Shown here: positions 1 through 17,004 of the stretch, in pieces
Numbering within the stretch: position 1 is the first letter of the stretch
Layout of the letters: the number at the start of each line of letters is the position of its first letter
Source: the human T2T-CHM13v2.0 reference genome, Homo sapiens
Length of the DNA stretch: 64,000 bases
Direction: 5' to 3' (one strand)
Assembly: GCF_009914755.1 (NCBI RefSeq)
Contig: NC_060938.1
Notes under the pieces: model-generated
Seen by the model: the letters and a program-made list of their open reading frames with translations, nothing else
Databases searched by the model: none
Told to the model about the DNA's origin: nothing
Translations under genes and position numbers: made by a program

Positions 1-1925
1 TCTTTATACATTCTGGATACAAGTCTTTATCAGATACATAATTTATAAATATTTTCTCCAGCCTTGTCATTTTCCTAAGAATATCTTTTGAAGAGCAGAA
101 GTTTTTAATTTTGATAAAGTTCAATTTATCAATTTGTTATTTTATGGATCATATTATGGTTGTTCTAACTAAGAAATATTTGTCTAACCCAAGTCATAAA
201 GGTTTTCTTCTATAAGTTCTACAGCTTTAGATTTTATATTTTGGACTAGGGTCCATTTTGAATTAATGTTTTTTATATGCTTAGATCAAAAGTCCCAGCA
301 CAAACTGTTGAAAAGAATATTCTTCCTCCATTGCCTTGGGGAGTTGTCTGTATAAGTGTGGGTTTGTTTCCGAACTTTATTCTGTTCCACTGATATATTT
401 GTATATTTTAAGCCAATACTGCACAGGGTTGATTACCATCAGTCTATGATAGGTGTTGAAATCAAGTAATGCTAATCATTTTTAAAGTTGTTTTGGCTAT
501 TTTAGGTCCTTTATAGTTCCAAAGGAATTTTAGAATCAGTCTGTCGAGTGCTACAAAAAAAAAAAAAAAAAAAATACTTGCTCGGATTTTGATGAGGATT
601 GTGTTAAATCCATATAGCAGCTTTGGGAGAACTGACATGTGAATAGTAAGAACGCTTCAGATCCATAGACATACTGTATGTCTTCTCCACTTGACGTCTT
701 CTTTGATTTATCTCCTCAATGTTTTGTATGTTTCAGTGCATACAACTTGCACATCTTCTGCCAAATTTATCCTTACATATTTTATATTTTGGATGCTGTT
801 ATAAATGATATTCCTGAATTTCAATTTATGATCTTTTTTATTCTTAATATATAGAAATGCAATTGATAGCTGTGTTTTGATTTTGTATAATGCAACCTTG
901 CTAAGCTATTTGTTCTGGTAGCTTTTATTGTAGATTCATATAATTTTTCAAGACAACCACATCATTTGTTCATAAGGTCAGTTTTACTTCTTCTTTTCCT
1001 ATCAAGTTGTCTTTCGTTTCTTTTTCTTGCCTGATTGTCTTGGCTAGGATCTCTGGTATGATAATGAATAGAAATAGGAAGAGAACATATCTGTGTCTTG
1101 CTCTTGACCTTAGAGTAAAAACATTCAGTCTTTGACACAAGCTAAAGAATTTATGTAGATGCCCAATATCACACTGAGGAAATCCCCTCGATTCCTAGTT
1201 TGCTGAGAGTTGTTTTTAGAAATGGATATTGGATTTTGCTAAATATGTTTTTGGGTAAAGAGAAGGAGGGTGTCTATTGAAATGACCACTTGGTTTTTCT
1301 TTCTCAGTTTGTTCATATAGTGTGTATATGTGTATCTACTATACACATATGTATAGTGTATCTACTATACAATGTAGATTGATTTTCCAATGTAAAGTCA
1401 ACATTGCATTCCTGACAAACCACACGTGGTCATAATGTGCTATCGTTTTTGCATATTGTTTCATTCAATTTGCTAAAATTTCATTTAGCATTTTTGTATC
1501 CACGTTTATAAAGGACACTTTCTGTGATTCCCTTTTCTTACAATGTCTTTGTCTTATTTTGGTATTAGGATAGTACTAGCCTCACAGAGTGAGTTGGGAA
1601 AGGTTCCTTCCTCTTCAATTTTTAAAAAATGTTTGTAGAGAACAAGTATTATTTCTCCCTTAGATGTTTGGTAGAATTCACCTGTATAGCCATTTGGCTT
1701 GACATCTCACTGTGGGAAAGTCTTTAACAACAAATTCCATTTCTACAGTAGACATAGTGTTATTCAGGTTATTTAACTTTTAATTGGTAAGCATTGATGA
1801 TTTGTATCTTTCAAGGTATTTGTCCATTTCATCTAAGTTGCAAATTTATTGGCATAAAATTTTTCATATCATTCCCTTATTGTATTATAAATAACTGGAC
1901 AAGCTATAGTGATATCACCTTTCTC

Positions 1926-1956
<31 letters not shown>

Positions 1957-2590
1957 GGAAACAGGTTCTCACTCTGTCACCCAAGCTGGAGTGCTGTAGT
2001 GCAATCATAGCTCGCTGCAGGCTCAACCTCCTAGTCTCAAGCAATCCTCCTGCCTTAGCCCCCTGAGTAGCTGAGAGTATAGGCACAGGCCACCACACCT
2101 GGCTAATTCTTTATTTTTAATTTTTTTGTAGAGACTGGATTTTGCAGAGACTGTGTTGCCCAGGCTGGTCTTGGACTCCTGGGCTTTAGCAATCCTCCCT
2201 CCGAAGCCTCCCAAAGTGCTGGGATACAGGCTTGAGCCACTGCTCCCGGCCCTTTCTCATTTTTGATACTGTAATTTGTTTCTTCTTTTTTCCTGATCAA
2301 TCTGTATAGAGTTTTATCAATTTTATTGATTTATTTAAAGAACCAGCTTTTGGGTTCATTTGTTTTCTCTATTGTCTGTTTTTATTTTTTCATTGACAGC
2401 CACTCTGGTCTTTTTTATTTCCTTTCTTCTACTTACTTTGAGTTTACTTTGCCCTTCCTTTTTATATTTGTTAATGTGGAAAGCGAGATCTTTCTTTTTT
2501 CTTAATATAGGCATTTCATGCAACAAAATTCCGCTTAAGTGTTCCTCTAGCAGCATCCTACAAATTCTGATATGTAGTGTCTTCATTCAG
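1..2590 (-). mobile_element. Old L1 (L1M-type) ORF2-region fragment, antisense, interrupted by an AluJ
   Basis: T-rich decayed L1 antisense motifs (attctggatacaagtctttatcagata, ttcctagtttgctgagagtt, tggtagaattcacc); resumes after the Alu at 2252. Confidence 0.85.
1928..2251 (-). mobile_element. AluJ
   Basis: Poly-T then two diverged Alu arms with J-type features; TSD cctttctca at 1918-1926 and 2251-2259. Confidence 0.9.
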
Positions 2591-2594
2591 CTGA

Positions 2595-3775
<1,181 letters not shown>

Positions 3776-4136
3776 TGAAAAGAAATATAAGGGGAAAAAT
3801 AAAAATTTGAGAATTAGAAAGAGACGTATATATTTCTAAAATTATTGACATTAGGTATCGTTTCATTTAAGTAGTCAATTTAATTGTGTTATGTAACAAC
3901 TCTTTTTAAAAGTCAATATTATAATGTCAAGACTTATATATTGAATCTTATGATGAAACTTTCAAATAACTTGACAATGTTGCAAAAGGAACAGAGTTTT
4001 TCATTCCAAAAACATTTAGGAAATGAAAGAAAAGTCATTTGAGTCTAGTGGTAGAGAGGACCTGAGAGAAGAGATTGCACACTCCACCCCAGTTCCCCAT
4101 GGCCATTTAGACAGGGAGAGATGGACATATAAGTGA

Positions 4137-4574
<438 letters not shown>

Positions 4575-5187
4575 TGATGACCCCTTTCTTAAGGCTTCCT
4601 CAGAGACAGCCGAGAGCCAGGATGATGCTGCATAAACAGCCCAAGAGAACTAGTCAACTCAGGCAATCAAATGCCACCATTCCAGCAGAGATTGCCAGCA
4701 CTAGCATGAAACTGACCAAACCAGAGTTGGAATAAGACTACAGAGACTCCAGCATCTGGGGGAGCCCTGGTCTCTTCTCGCTGAAGAGCCTGACCACTGC
4801 AACAGTCCTGTGTGGCTGGAAATCTGAGGTCTCTGGAGAAGGCTTGAGGAAACCACAGAGGCTCTCTCGGAATGGCACGATTGCATTTTACGTTTTCTGA
4901 ATGTGTGGGGCACATATGCTCTTAATAAAATATTCATATCTGGAAAAAACCTAAGTAACTGCCTATAAACATGTATCTATCTAAAGGTACTAAAAAGAAA
5001 TGTTTTTCAAGTTATTAAGGTGAGCCGATCCTGCTTACGTTGTTAGTTATTAAAGTAAGTTTAATTTAAATTTTATTATTTTTATACCATATATATTCTA
5101 TCTGCAAAGGAAAGGTAACATCAGTGCCAGCAAAACCCTGAACCTCATTTCACGATTGACTAACACTCAAACACTCACCACATCCAT

Positions 5188-5368
5188 AGATGATTCTGTG
5201 CCCCTGTTGGCATCAGGAGCTGTCCTGTGCCCTGCAAGGTGTTTATCAGTATTCCTGGCTTCTACCCACTATACGCAAGTAGCACCCGCTCCTTGAGTGG
5301 TGACACAAAAACATCTCCAGACACTGCCAAATGTCCTGCGGGGAGCAGAATCACCACTGGTTGAGACC
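5188..5368 (-). mobile_element. MER20 (hAT-Charlie)
   Basis: tctccagacactgccaaatgtcc...ggttgaga matches the MER20 reverse complement as recalled. Confidence 0.8.
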
Positions 5369-5585
5369 CAGGGTCTGAAAACTACAACCGTAGAAATCCG
5401 GCTCACTGCTTGCTTTTGCAAATAAAGTTTTATCAGAACACAGCCGTGCCCATTCATTTCTGTTTTGCCTGTGGTCCCTTCCACACCACAGTGGCAGAGC
5501 TGAGTTCATGCAACAGAGACAGTGTAGCCCACAAAGTCCAAACTATTTACCATCTGGCGCCTTATAGAAAAAGTTTGCCACCCGT
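5369..5585 (+). mobile_element. MER58A (hAT-Charlie)
   Basis: ttttgcaaataaagttttat...tatttaccatctgg...agaaaaagtttgcc; near full length. Confidence 0.85.
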
Positions 5586-5591
5586 ACTCTA

Positions 5592-5900
5592 GTTTCTACC
5601 TCCTAAGTCTCTTCTAGATCCATATTTACCTGTCTCCTGCCTCGCTGTTGCCACCCAGCCCACCCGGATCAACTGCCACCTGGATTTCTGCAAAACTCCC
5701 AGGGCACTCCTGCCTCTGGTCTGGCTGCCCTTCAGTTCATGCTTCACAGAGCATCCTGGGGGACATTTTCCGAAAGCACAAGGTTCATCATGTCACTTCC
5801 CTGTTTAATGCCTTTGGGTGGCCTCCCCTGTGCTTAAGATAACATGAGGCCCCTTCACATGGCCTGTGAAATTCAAAGATTGACCCCATCACATTCCAGC
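5592..5900 (+). mobile_element. L2 fragment
   Basis: tcatcatgtcacttccctgtttaa...tggcctccc, L2 3'-region motif. Confidence 0.65.
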
Positions 5901-6199
5901 CTCTATAAGGTGTCCATGAGAGACTTCCTTCTGTCCTGCAAGCAGGGAACACAACAAAACCCAGCTCTGACCTCCAGACACGAATATTCCCATGGACCTG
6001 TGAGCCTGGGTTTACCCTCTGCACCGTGTGGCATGGCATCTCACCTGCGACAGGTGCTCCGCCAGATGTCAAACAGCCACACAGCTGCCCCTGTGCTGTT
6101 AGCTTCTCATACATATTCAGTTAATGTGTCAGCTACTCCACTCAACCCCAACATTAACCATAGGAGACTCTAAAATTTAGTGTTTGCTGAATAGTCTCC

Positions 6200-6753
<554 letters not shown>

Positions 6754-7227
6754 CCCTGCAGCTTCTAGCAAGGTGACTTGATGAATTAACTAAGTGATGA
6801 GCTGGTTATGAGAATATCCAAGAAACAGTTGGAAGGGCCTGGATCTTTAGCTCTGGGTCTTTGGACTTTCCAATTTGTTAGACTTTGTGGCAAATGACCC
6901 GATCCTCCCTCACAAATGCCGAATCCCTCAAAAGGGCCCCGGCAGAAAGAGGAATGGATACAAAGGTGCTGTTGCGAGTGTGTTTACCCAAATCCTTGGG
7001 CTCCTGCAAAAACCCTGTGGATTGACAACTTCAAGGGAGCCAGAAATGACCAAAGATTAGCTCAAAGTAATCCTCCAGAAAACGACTGCCAAGAGAGGCT
7101 ACAAATGTATTCCCCCAAAAATGAGAATACATGGATAAAAGCAGAAAAATTTTTAAAACTTAGAATCTGTAAAAAACAGCGTGGGGCACTGTGCATTGGT
7201 TACCACTGAATGCACGGCTGTAGGGAT

Positions 7228-7290
7228 CCGGTGGGCTCAAGTGGGATCTGGTGGGTTCCGGTGGGCTCTGGTGGGCTCCGGTGGGGTGGG
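7228..7290 (+). repeat. 10-bp tandem repeat (ggtgggctcY), ~6 copies
   Basis: ccggtgggctcaagtgggatctggtgggttccggtgggctctggtgggctccggtggggtggg. Confidence 0.85.
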
Positions 7291-7499
7291 CACAAGGTAC
7301 CAACTACCTTCCATCCTGCTGACCTTGGCTGGCCATCTCAAGTTAGGCTTACCCCGCTGGCCAGCCTAACTCCTGAGCAGTCCCCAAGCTTCCCTGCCCT
7401 GTCCCCTTACACACCAAGATTTGACTTTATAAATTATCAACTCACATTCCCCAAATGAAGCAAACTTAACTTTGACCTGTTAGTAGATACCATATGCCT

Positions 7500-7975
7500 C
7501 AAGGTGGTTTGTAAACTTGAATGGGAAAAAAATTTCTACCTTTATTTTCAATACTTTCTAACAGACATTTAGAACACTTGCTTCAATTATAAACGTAGGC
7601 AAGAAACCTCAGTGGTATTTGCTGTTCCTGTGACTTTGCTGTCAATAGAAATCACAAATGTTTTCACACATTAAAGCTGTTGCAGGTATCTCGAAATATC
7701 ACTCGCTCTCATCACTACTCCGAAATCGTGGTAGTTGTTAGATTTATACCACTCGATCTTATTTAAGATATTAATAAAGAAGCACATATGAATATACATC
7801 ACAAATGTGGCTTTTGATATATTGTCACCTTATTTCAATAGAACAGGTTTCCTTTGTGACTCTTGGTACTTCATTCATTTAAAAACATTAGTCTGAGAAA
7901 GGGTCTGTAGGCTTCACCAGGCCACAAAACGGCGACCGTGAAATGGGTCACAACAGAAAAAGGAATCTTTGATGA
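7500..7975. mobile_element. Charlie4a-like hAT transposon
   Basis: gtgactttgctgtcaatagaaatcaca...tctgagaaagggtctgtaggcttcaccag resembles the Charlie4 family. Confidence 0.6.
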
Positions 7976-8294
7976 ATGCCTCCATAGGCCAAGCAATTTG
8001 CAAAAAAAATTATTTCTTCTTATTTCAGCTACTTTATTTTTTAATTTTTAAAAATATTTATTGACTTGTATTCTCCAATTCAAAAAATAATTTGATCTTA
8101 TTATAACAAGTGAAACAATGCAAGAAAAAGATATACAAAGGCAGTCTATCTTGGAAGTTTGATACACACATCACAATGGACTGCATAACAACATAGATTC
8201 AAATAAAGTGTTAGGAAGCCAGCTCAGAGAAAGACAGTGAGGCTGGCAGGTAGAAGAATTGCTAGTGATGGTGTTTCCATTGTGGACCAAGTAA

Positions 8295-8550
8295 GCAGTC
8301 ATTCCCATAAGATGTGAGCAGGCGCCCTGTGCAAAAGGATTCTGTGGTCACAGTGGATGAGAAAATGCTCGGTTAATCAAAGGCACACTGCATTTTTTTT
8401 AATACACTAAAATGCACTGAGAATCTCCAAAGGAGAAAATATAATATGCAAGGTTTCTGAAATACAGTTGTCTACAAAATCTTCCTCTCTCCTCCCCAAC
8501 CCTCCCCAAGAACTTTCTTATATTCCCCAGAACATGGTTTGGGAATTGCT
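8295..8550. mobile_element. MER113-like hAT fragment
   Basis: aaaggattctgtggtca...gaatctccaa...tttgggaattgctg. Confidence 0.4.
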
Positions 8551-11500
8551 GAAACAGGGTAATGTAAGTTTCATCCTGACCTCAGCCATTTAAAACATGC
8601 AGCCAACAATGGCTACATCTTTTGTTTTTCTCTCCTTAGGTCAGTAAGGAGATATGAGATTTTTTGTCTTGCCAGAATTCTTTATTTATTTACATTAAAA
8701 ACGAGAAAAAATATATAACCACCAACAAAGGTTTCACTCTTTTTTTTTTGTACTAATATACTTCAGACTCAGCTTTTACCTTGCTGGAGGGAGAACTTAA
8801 TTACTTACAGGTTTTTCTAGAACAGTCCTTAGTTCAACCCTACCACAGTTTACACTGCAGCCCACATTACAGAATTCCACTGGCATTTGGCTCTCCAGTC
8901 TCCCTCTTTAGAGTGGTAATACAGTGCTCTCAGGGTTATACACAGAGAAGTTTAGAAAATACCAGCCAGTTGAGACTAGTTGGCCCCTCCACTCAGAAAG
9001 CTGCAGAATGCCTTTCACCCAGCCACACCAAAAGATGTAAGGAGCAAAGAGCTCCCACCAGCCACGCACACAAAGGACGTGTATGCTCACCTGGAAATCA
9101 GTAGCTAAAGAGGTAGCACCCTTGCGGGGACCAGAAGGGACCCAAAGAGGCCTGAGGAAAGTGAAGGAAACTAGAAAAGACAGCAGAGTCTCACTCCTAT
9201 AAGTAAACTTCAAACTTGCTTTTAAAATGATTAGCAACACATTCTGGTTTGTTTATAGTCTATACATGATCTCGCAGAGTCAAGAAAGGACAGACTTCCC
9301 TCTGTAACCTTTCCACTTGCACCAATGATTTCCAGATCATCGGTGCCTGAAGCCAATCGCCTGCTTCAAAGAGGCATCCTTTGCAAGAGCACTTGTGCGT
9401 TCAGAGTTCCAGTGGTACCAAGGATGACAGTGAGGCTTTTGATAGTGATAGGCGGCTTAATGAAGAGAGCCAGGACAGCATGCTTGCTCTGCCCCCACTC
9501 GTTCACTTGCTCCCTAACAGTGAATCGGGGGATGGTCTGAGGCTCTCCACTCCCTAACCAGAGCCCACTGAGCCCAGACTGCCACCTCGAAAATGGGTGA
9601 TGACCATCGTTTCCTTGACCAGACAGGCCTCGACATCAGCCTTTCTATAGAATGCCAGAAATGGCAGAGCCTGCCCTTGGGCGAAAACACTTTTTAGATA
9701 ACTAATCAGCAATAATGCTGCAACTGACCTGCCTGCAGGCTTCAGCGGCTCCAGATCTAAATTACCCTAATTTTTCTCCCCCAAAATCAGGCATAATATT
9801 ATAATTTCAAGGAACGCAAGAGCCATTTCTCCCATCATTGGATACCAAGCTCAAGATGTTACAGGAAAAAGAAATAGCTTTTACTGCTGATATGAGAATT
9901 TTAAAAGAGAGACAAGTGTGAGCAAACAAAACCTGTCACATCAAATACTCTGGCAAAAAAAAAAAAAAAAAAAAAGCTAGAAAAAAAATGCCAGAAATGC
10001 TGAAATCTAAATAAAGTCATTTATTTGTTATTTTAACCCCTTCACTGTCAGAGCTACTCTGGCATAAGGCTAGTTAATTCTCCAGAGGTGAGCTTTATTA
10101 AGGACAGTGCCCTTATTCTTGCAGCCATTGTTTTCTTGTCACACAGTTCTCTTGATTATCTGGTCCCTTCAAGGGGTTCCACATACAAATGGGGTGCTGT
10201 TGATGCTCCTTGGGCCGTACCTCCTTTTAAAGTATGATTTTTTCAGAGAATTTGATTTTATCCAATTTCCACCATGCTAAGCAAAAACACTAGACTGTGA
10301 GATCCCGAAGGGCAGCAGCCCCGTGACCCTCATGGTTCTGGCACATGGAAGGTATTCAAAGCATGAGATGGAAATTGCTTTTTGAACTCTGTGCCTTAGG
10401 CAGTTAACATGCAAGCAAAGATAAGATGCCTTCGGCAGGGGAGGCTATGACAACCAACGAGAAAAATGGAAAAACACCAATTGGATGGGTCTGCAGTTGA
10501 TCACTTGCTCTTCCTTGGTCAAGTTCATGAGCCTGTCTCCTGTTTCGAGGATACATGCTTTTATAAATGTTAAATAAGCTAACACTGCTGAAAGGGCATT
10601 GCTAATGGAGGTCTGTGGAAATAGAGGGAAATATTTCTAATTAGAAGGTATGGATTGGGCACTCACTGTGTGCCAAGCACTACAGTGGACCCTGAAATGA
10701 GTCAGCCACAGACTCGGTCCTCCAAGATCCCCGCTCCTCCAGCTCCATTCATTTTAGCCCGATGCAATGAGGCTTCTTTCTGCCTTCAGGAATTGCTTGG
10801 GCAATGGTTCCCAGGACCTTCTGACTCAGAGGATTCCACAGACTTTTCAGCCCTTTCTTCTGGGAGGTCTCCGTGGCCTTCCCACCACTGCCTCAGTCTT
10901 GTGGTGGTGCCGCTCCCCATGGGGGCTTCTCCCACCCTCCCGGCTGCTCCTCCCCCACCTCCTGAGCCCACCTCTAGAGGCTGGGTCATCTCGGGCTGTT
11001 CCTGCGGTCTCTTCTGCTCTCTAAATACCCACTGTCCAGGAACGCCCACCCTGCGGTGGCCTCAGCTCCCACCTACAAGCCCAGGACTTTTCTCCCAAGT
11101 CCTAATCTTATTAAATATGCTGCCTGCCTGCAGGCTGTATTCACCAGCCATCTTCTCGCCTTCGCCCAGGAGTTGATACCACCACTGAGAGGGCACTGCC
11201 AAGCACCTATGCAGGGAGGCCCGGGTCCCTCTGGGCCCTGTCCGGGCCACATCCTCAGCATTTCTCTCCGTCTCAACAGCTCAAGCCCTGTGGTACCTCT
11301 TGCTGAGCCTCTGGGGTTCTCCCAGAAGGCCAGCCCCACCCTCGTCTGACCCCACAGTCCTGCCTCTCCAGTGCGGCTAGACTGTCTTCCCCAGCTGACG
11401 CCCATCTGCGGTTCCCCACGGCCAGTCTCAACAGTCTCCTGCCTGCACCCACTCCTCAGCCTTCTCCATTGGAGGCTCCCCTCCTCAGACACACAGGCCT

Positions 11501-12129
11501 GTCTGCTGCCCCATCGTCTCTGCGCAGGCTGCTCTCTCGGTGTCCCTGGCCCATGCCCACTCCACGCTCCAGGGCTCAGCCTCCTCTCCCGCTCTCCACC
11601 CCACCCTTCGTCTCCTGCCCTCCACCCCACCCCTCCTTTCCCGCCCTCCACCACACCCCTCCTCTCGGGCTCCTGGGCACCCCCCCGCCACCTGCGTCTC
11701 CTGTCGTCAGCAAAATGCACTATTTGCTCATCCAGTGCCCACAGTTTGCCCACCGGACGGCCCTGCTAGGTGGGAAGCTCCTTGCAGGCAGGAACCCCAT
11801 CTCCTTGACTTTACTTTGGAATCCCCGCAGCCTCATACGGGGCTGAGGCAGGTCCTTCCGTAAAATGGAACTGAATGAGCGGCGCTTAATCCATCCGCCA
11901 AAGGCCAGTCTCCCTTGGGTTTTCAACAGGTAACATGAGCTTTTAAAAATGAGTCTTGTTAAATGAAGTGCCCTGATTTTCAAAGTTATGCCCACACAGA
12001 ACGACAGGGCAGGGGCTCCCTTCCAGAATGACAGAGCCCTGGGGCTCGTCTGACCACTTCTCCACCCCCAGATTCCTCTCATCACCCGATGCCTTTACTT
12101 TGGGACTCTTCCAGGTCGTTCCTCACCTC

Positions 12130-12380
12130 GTGCAGCATTGCTGTGAGTGGGCGACAAGGAACCTCGTGGTCTCCGTGTGCTTTGCGGGGACCACCTCTTC
12201 GCAGGGGCCGCCACCTGCCTCTCCGGCGCTGCATCCTTAGCATCCCCACTGCCCCCGGATCTCCTTCAGGGAGGTGCGGCGGCAGAGCGGCCCCAGCAGC
12301 CTCCTCCTGTGGCCCAGGCGCACCAAGGCGAGCGCGGCCACGAGTTCCGGCCCAGCGCCACCCAGACTCTTTGATGTGGG
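12130..12380. promoter_or_regulatory. Small CpG-rich patch with a TCF/LEF site; candidate enhancer
   Basis: Local CpG enrichment in non-repeat sequence; ctttgatg at 12369-12376. Confidence 0.4.
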
Positions 12381-12930
12381 TTTGTGTGTGGGAGAGTAAA
12401 AGATGCACACACCCTCCGCAAGTCTAGAATTTGTGGTTTTTGTTATCTCACAACTTCATATTTGGAAGAAGTATTTTAATGTCTTATGAGTTGTGAATAA
12501 TTATGTAATTCTGCCACTTTCTCAAAACCAAGATTTTTCAAACGGACTGCTCTAGTCTGGAGCTGACATCCTTAAGAGAACTTTGCTTTTTTTCCTGTGG
12601 GTTTTAAGCAAGAGTGTGCCAAATGAATTCTTTCGTCCGCTTAAAACAGTTCATTAGGGGGAACCATCCTGTAAAAGGAAAGGAAAGGAAAGGAAAATCC
12701 TTCCTTCTTCAAATGAATTCTCAAAAATTACTTCTGAGATGCAAATGCTGCCTGAGTGTTTGAGCTCCGTGAGAGAGTCCACTTCCCAACTTGTTTTCAG
12801 TCTGCTGTTGGGTGCTACTGAATTTCTTAAACATTGTGTTTCTCCCTTATCTGTGAATTAGCCATGTGTTCTTTGGAATCTCTTCCTGGGTCTTCGTTAT
12901 TCTTCCTCAGTTATTTAAGAACCTAGGGAA

Positions 12931-13262
<332 letters not shown>

Positions 13263-14200
13263 TCATCAAATGACACCATGAACTCCTCAAGGGTCTACCC
13301 ATTGTTTTAACTTACTGCCCAAAAGGTACTTCTCATTCGAATAGCCCCCATTCTACAGTCATCTCTATCAATCATCATGTCACTTGATCATGACATCGTT
13401 CTAAGCACCTGTAACATCCCAGACCCTGTCTGAAGCACCAGGAATGCTGGGTGAGCGGGACAGAAGGGACCACAGATCCTCATGTTGCCTTATCAAGTTT
13501 AGACTCTAGTGGTCCCGATGGCTGATCTCATGACATTCAAATAGGAGGCGATCATTTCCTTAAATACAAACACGAGATTGTCAATAGTTAGGATGTGCTT
13601 ATTTTTCCTCCAGGGCATAAGATTTTTTTTCTTGTATGTATTTCATATCCCTAGCTGGAGAAATATCAAAAGAATCTGAATATCACCATCTGGAAGTTGT
13701 GCCATGGACTCCAGTGGGCAGGATTCGAGCTGGGATTCTCTTCTTCCTCTAGCAGTGTATTTCTTCTGCTTAAAATGAGCACAAACACATCTAATTCCCT
13801 AATGGACCAACTCAGACCTAAAAGTCTCTTATTCTTTGCCCGCCTTCCTCTACCCACATGGATTCCTGGGATTCTCTAAATGCAGATGGCAATGGGGAGG
13901 GCTGGGGATTCCCATCAAGGATATTTGATCATCGGTGACTTCACTTAACCAATAAATCAAACGTGTTGAAATACACACATGTCAGAAATGTGGTATGCTG
14001 TTACTCACTCAAAAGTCTGTTGGTCTGTCTTGGTTGCGATTGGGCAATGAAGCCCTAGGGACTTATTTCGGCTTCAATAGTCTGTAACCCTCAATCAATA
14101 TTTCGTTAAGTGTCAGTATTCATTCCTAGTATTTCCCCAAGTTTAACTTGTTCCTTTTGAAACGACTGGTATTCTTATGAGCCAGAAGACTGTTATTTGA

Positions 14201-14697
<497 letters not shown>

Positions 14698-15134
14698 TAG
14701 GCACTGAATGATTTTTTTTTAACATTGAAGTTGTTTTTAGCTCTCCCCTATTAGCCGTTAGTTAGCAGTTCACATTGTATGTGGAGTCTGTATTTATAAT
14801 ATAACATTAGTTCTGCCCTAAAATTCCACAGGACAAATTCCATTTGGAAACGTCCTCTAATTGTCATGCAGTGGTTCTGTTCAAACTGCGGGAACATTTC
14901 TAAATCCCACAGCTCTAACAGGCTGCCTGCCCATTACAGAAGGAGACTTCAGGCGGAAATTCAAAACACTTGCTACTGTGACATCTGCCCAGCAGTACTA
15001 ATTTACATCCATTTGTATTTATTATTGTATAGTTTGGGATGTAATAAGATGCTGCCATCACCCCCACAAGCCTCTGGAATACTGAGGAGTGGTATTGCAT
15101 GTCATGAAGCACGCAGGCTCTTCGAGTTTGACCT

Positions 15135-15322
15135 CTGCTTTGAATTCCCACTTGACCCAGGATGAGGAAGTCTGACTGAGCAGCGGTTTCCTCATCTGTA
15201 AAATGGGTATAACACCAGCACCTATCTTGCTGGATTGGCACCTGGAATAAATGAGAAAGCACAGGCCAAGCCCTCCAGCATTGGACACAGTCAGCATGTA
15301 ATTAATGCTAGCTCTTCTTATT
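15135..15322 (+). mobile_element. MIR
   Basis: Core ggtttcctcatctgtaaaatggg. Confidence 0.8.
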
Positions 15323-17004
15323 AAATTCCTTTAGCTTAAAGACAAAGTAATCAGAGACACTTACAGAATTACAGAAGAGTTTATCATGCCGTTCTCTTTG
15401 AGGAAAACAGTTAAGCAGTTTTAATCCATTTTATAATAATGTCTTACATAATCCTTACTCAGAGCTTTAATCAAAAAGGTTGTCTTTTAATAAACAAGAT
15501 TCACATTTAGACTCTGTCTACACACACAAGCCAGTTTTAAATGTCACCCAGATTAAGTCAAACAACCGATAATTAACAATGTTTTACATGTAACTGGTTT
15601 TGTTTGTGGACCCAGTCCTAAACATTTTTTTACCAAGTAACCTTAAATATGTCATCAGATGGGTTTTTAGTAGACATATCTGAACCTAATTTTGTAGCTT
15701 AAAAATAGTATATTTTATTCACTTTTTTTAATATTAAATATGTAGGATATTTTAATACTTGGCCAATTCAAGTGTTGATAAGTAACATCTGTCAACATTT
15801 ACAATATTATCTAGCTCAGTTATCCAGAATAAACTGAGAATCTTCTGGATTTTTAAAACAATTCTCAGGCCCTGATTTACTAGGAGAGTTTGGGAGGACC
15901 TTTATGCAGACAAACAACTCATAGTTTAAGTTGGCTTCCGCTCCTTTCTAACACAAAGATAACCGCGAGGTGGAAAAATATCACTTTGTGAAAACGACAT
16001 CTTAGCAAAACAGATCTGTACAAGGCAGAACTGGACAAAATATGTTGATTCACATTACCACTGACTTATATCAGACATTCTATCATTTTATCTGCCTCGA
16101 GCATTTATCAAAGTAAACTGCTGCAGAGTGCAACTGCCTCCTTGTCGGCCGGGACAGGTGTTACCACATCTATCGCCTCGCCTGCTTGTAAATGGGGATA
16201 GCCCGTTCCTACAGCTAATCCTGGCAACACAAGCTCACCTTCACACAGCAGGATTGGGAGGCTCTGGAAGGTTCTAAGGCCAAAGACAGAGCCAGGTCTG
16301 CTTGGAAGCCATCTGTGATCCCCGTTCCTACCCCTCCACCTTGCTCATGCCTCCCTCTGCAGCGACCAGCCTGGCACCAAAACAGCACCTGCCAGGGGAA
16401 CTTGAGGATTTGGCTGGCCTGGGGCTAGAGCTGTCCATTCCCACCAAGAGGAAGAGGCCCACAACCCCAGTGGCCTCTGAGGCCAGCAGAGCCTGTGGTG
16501 CCACAAGGGAACAGCCTGTGAGCCTGTCCTCCACTGCGCCCTGCGCTTCTGACTCAGACTAACACACCAGGATTTTCCATTTCAACAGCAGTGTCTGTGG
16601 TCCTCTTTTCTAAGTGAAAGAGTCCAAGCTAAGGTTGGCTAGAGGGATCCTTGCAGCTCCGGAGCAGGTGTAGGGCTGATACCAGCCCTCTGCTGTTATT
16701 TGACAGCTTGCAAAATGTACAAACTGGCCAGATACAGGTGTGTGCTTGCATGTGTGTGCATACACACACATATCTGAATATATATGTGTGTGTATCTACA
16801 CATCATACTAATAAACTAATAACTTCCATGGGCAATAAATTTTCAAATTTCTTAAGGATTCAGATAAGGAGAATGTATATAATCAACACATTAATTATTA
16901 TGCATACATAAACATACTAATACTCTTAATACGCCCTTTGAAAAAATATATTCAACCAGCTTAATTTTTCTAATTTTGTTTTTGTTAAATCCTGTTTTCT
17001 TATT

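Noticed and set aside
10655-12427. 173-226 aa ORFs in the GC-rich block
   Set aside because: Low-complexity compositions, no domain and no consistent exon structure.
13640-13790. Possible minus-strand exon after a ttttaagcag acceptor
   Set aside because: No convincing donor or coding signal; chance motif.
16760-16795. 14-bp-arm hairpin atacacacacatat...atatgtgtgtgtat
   Set aside because: Low-complexity CA/TG/TA palindrome, common in mammalian DNA.
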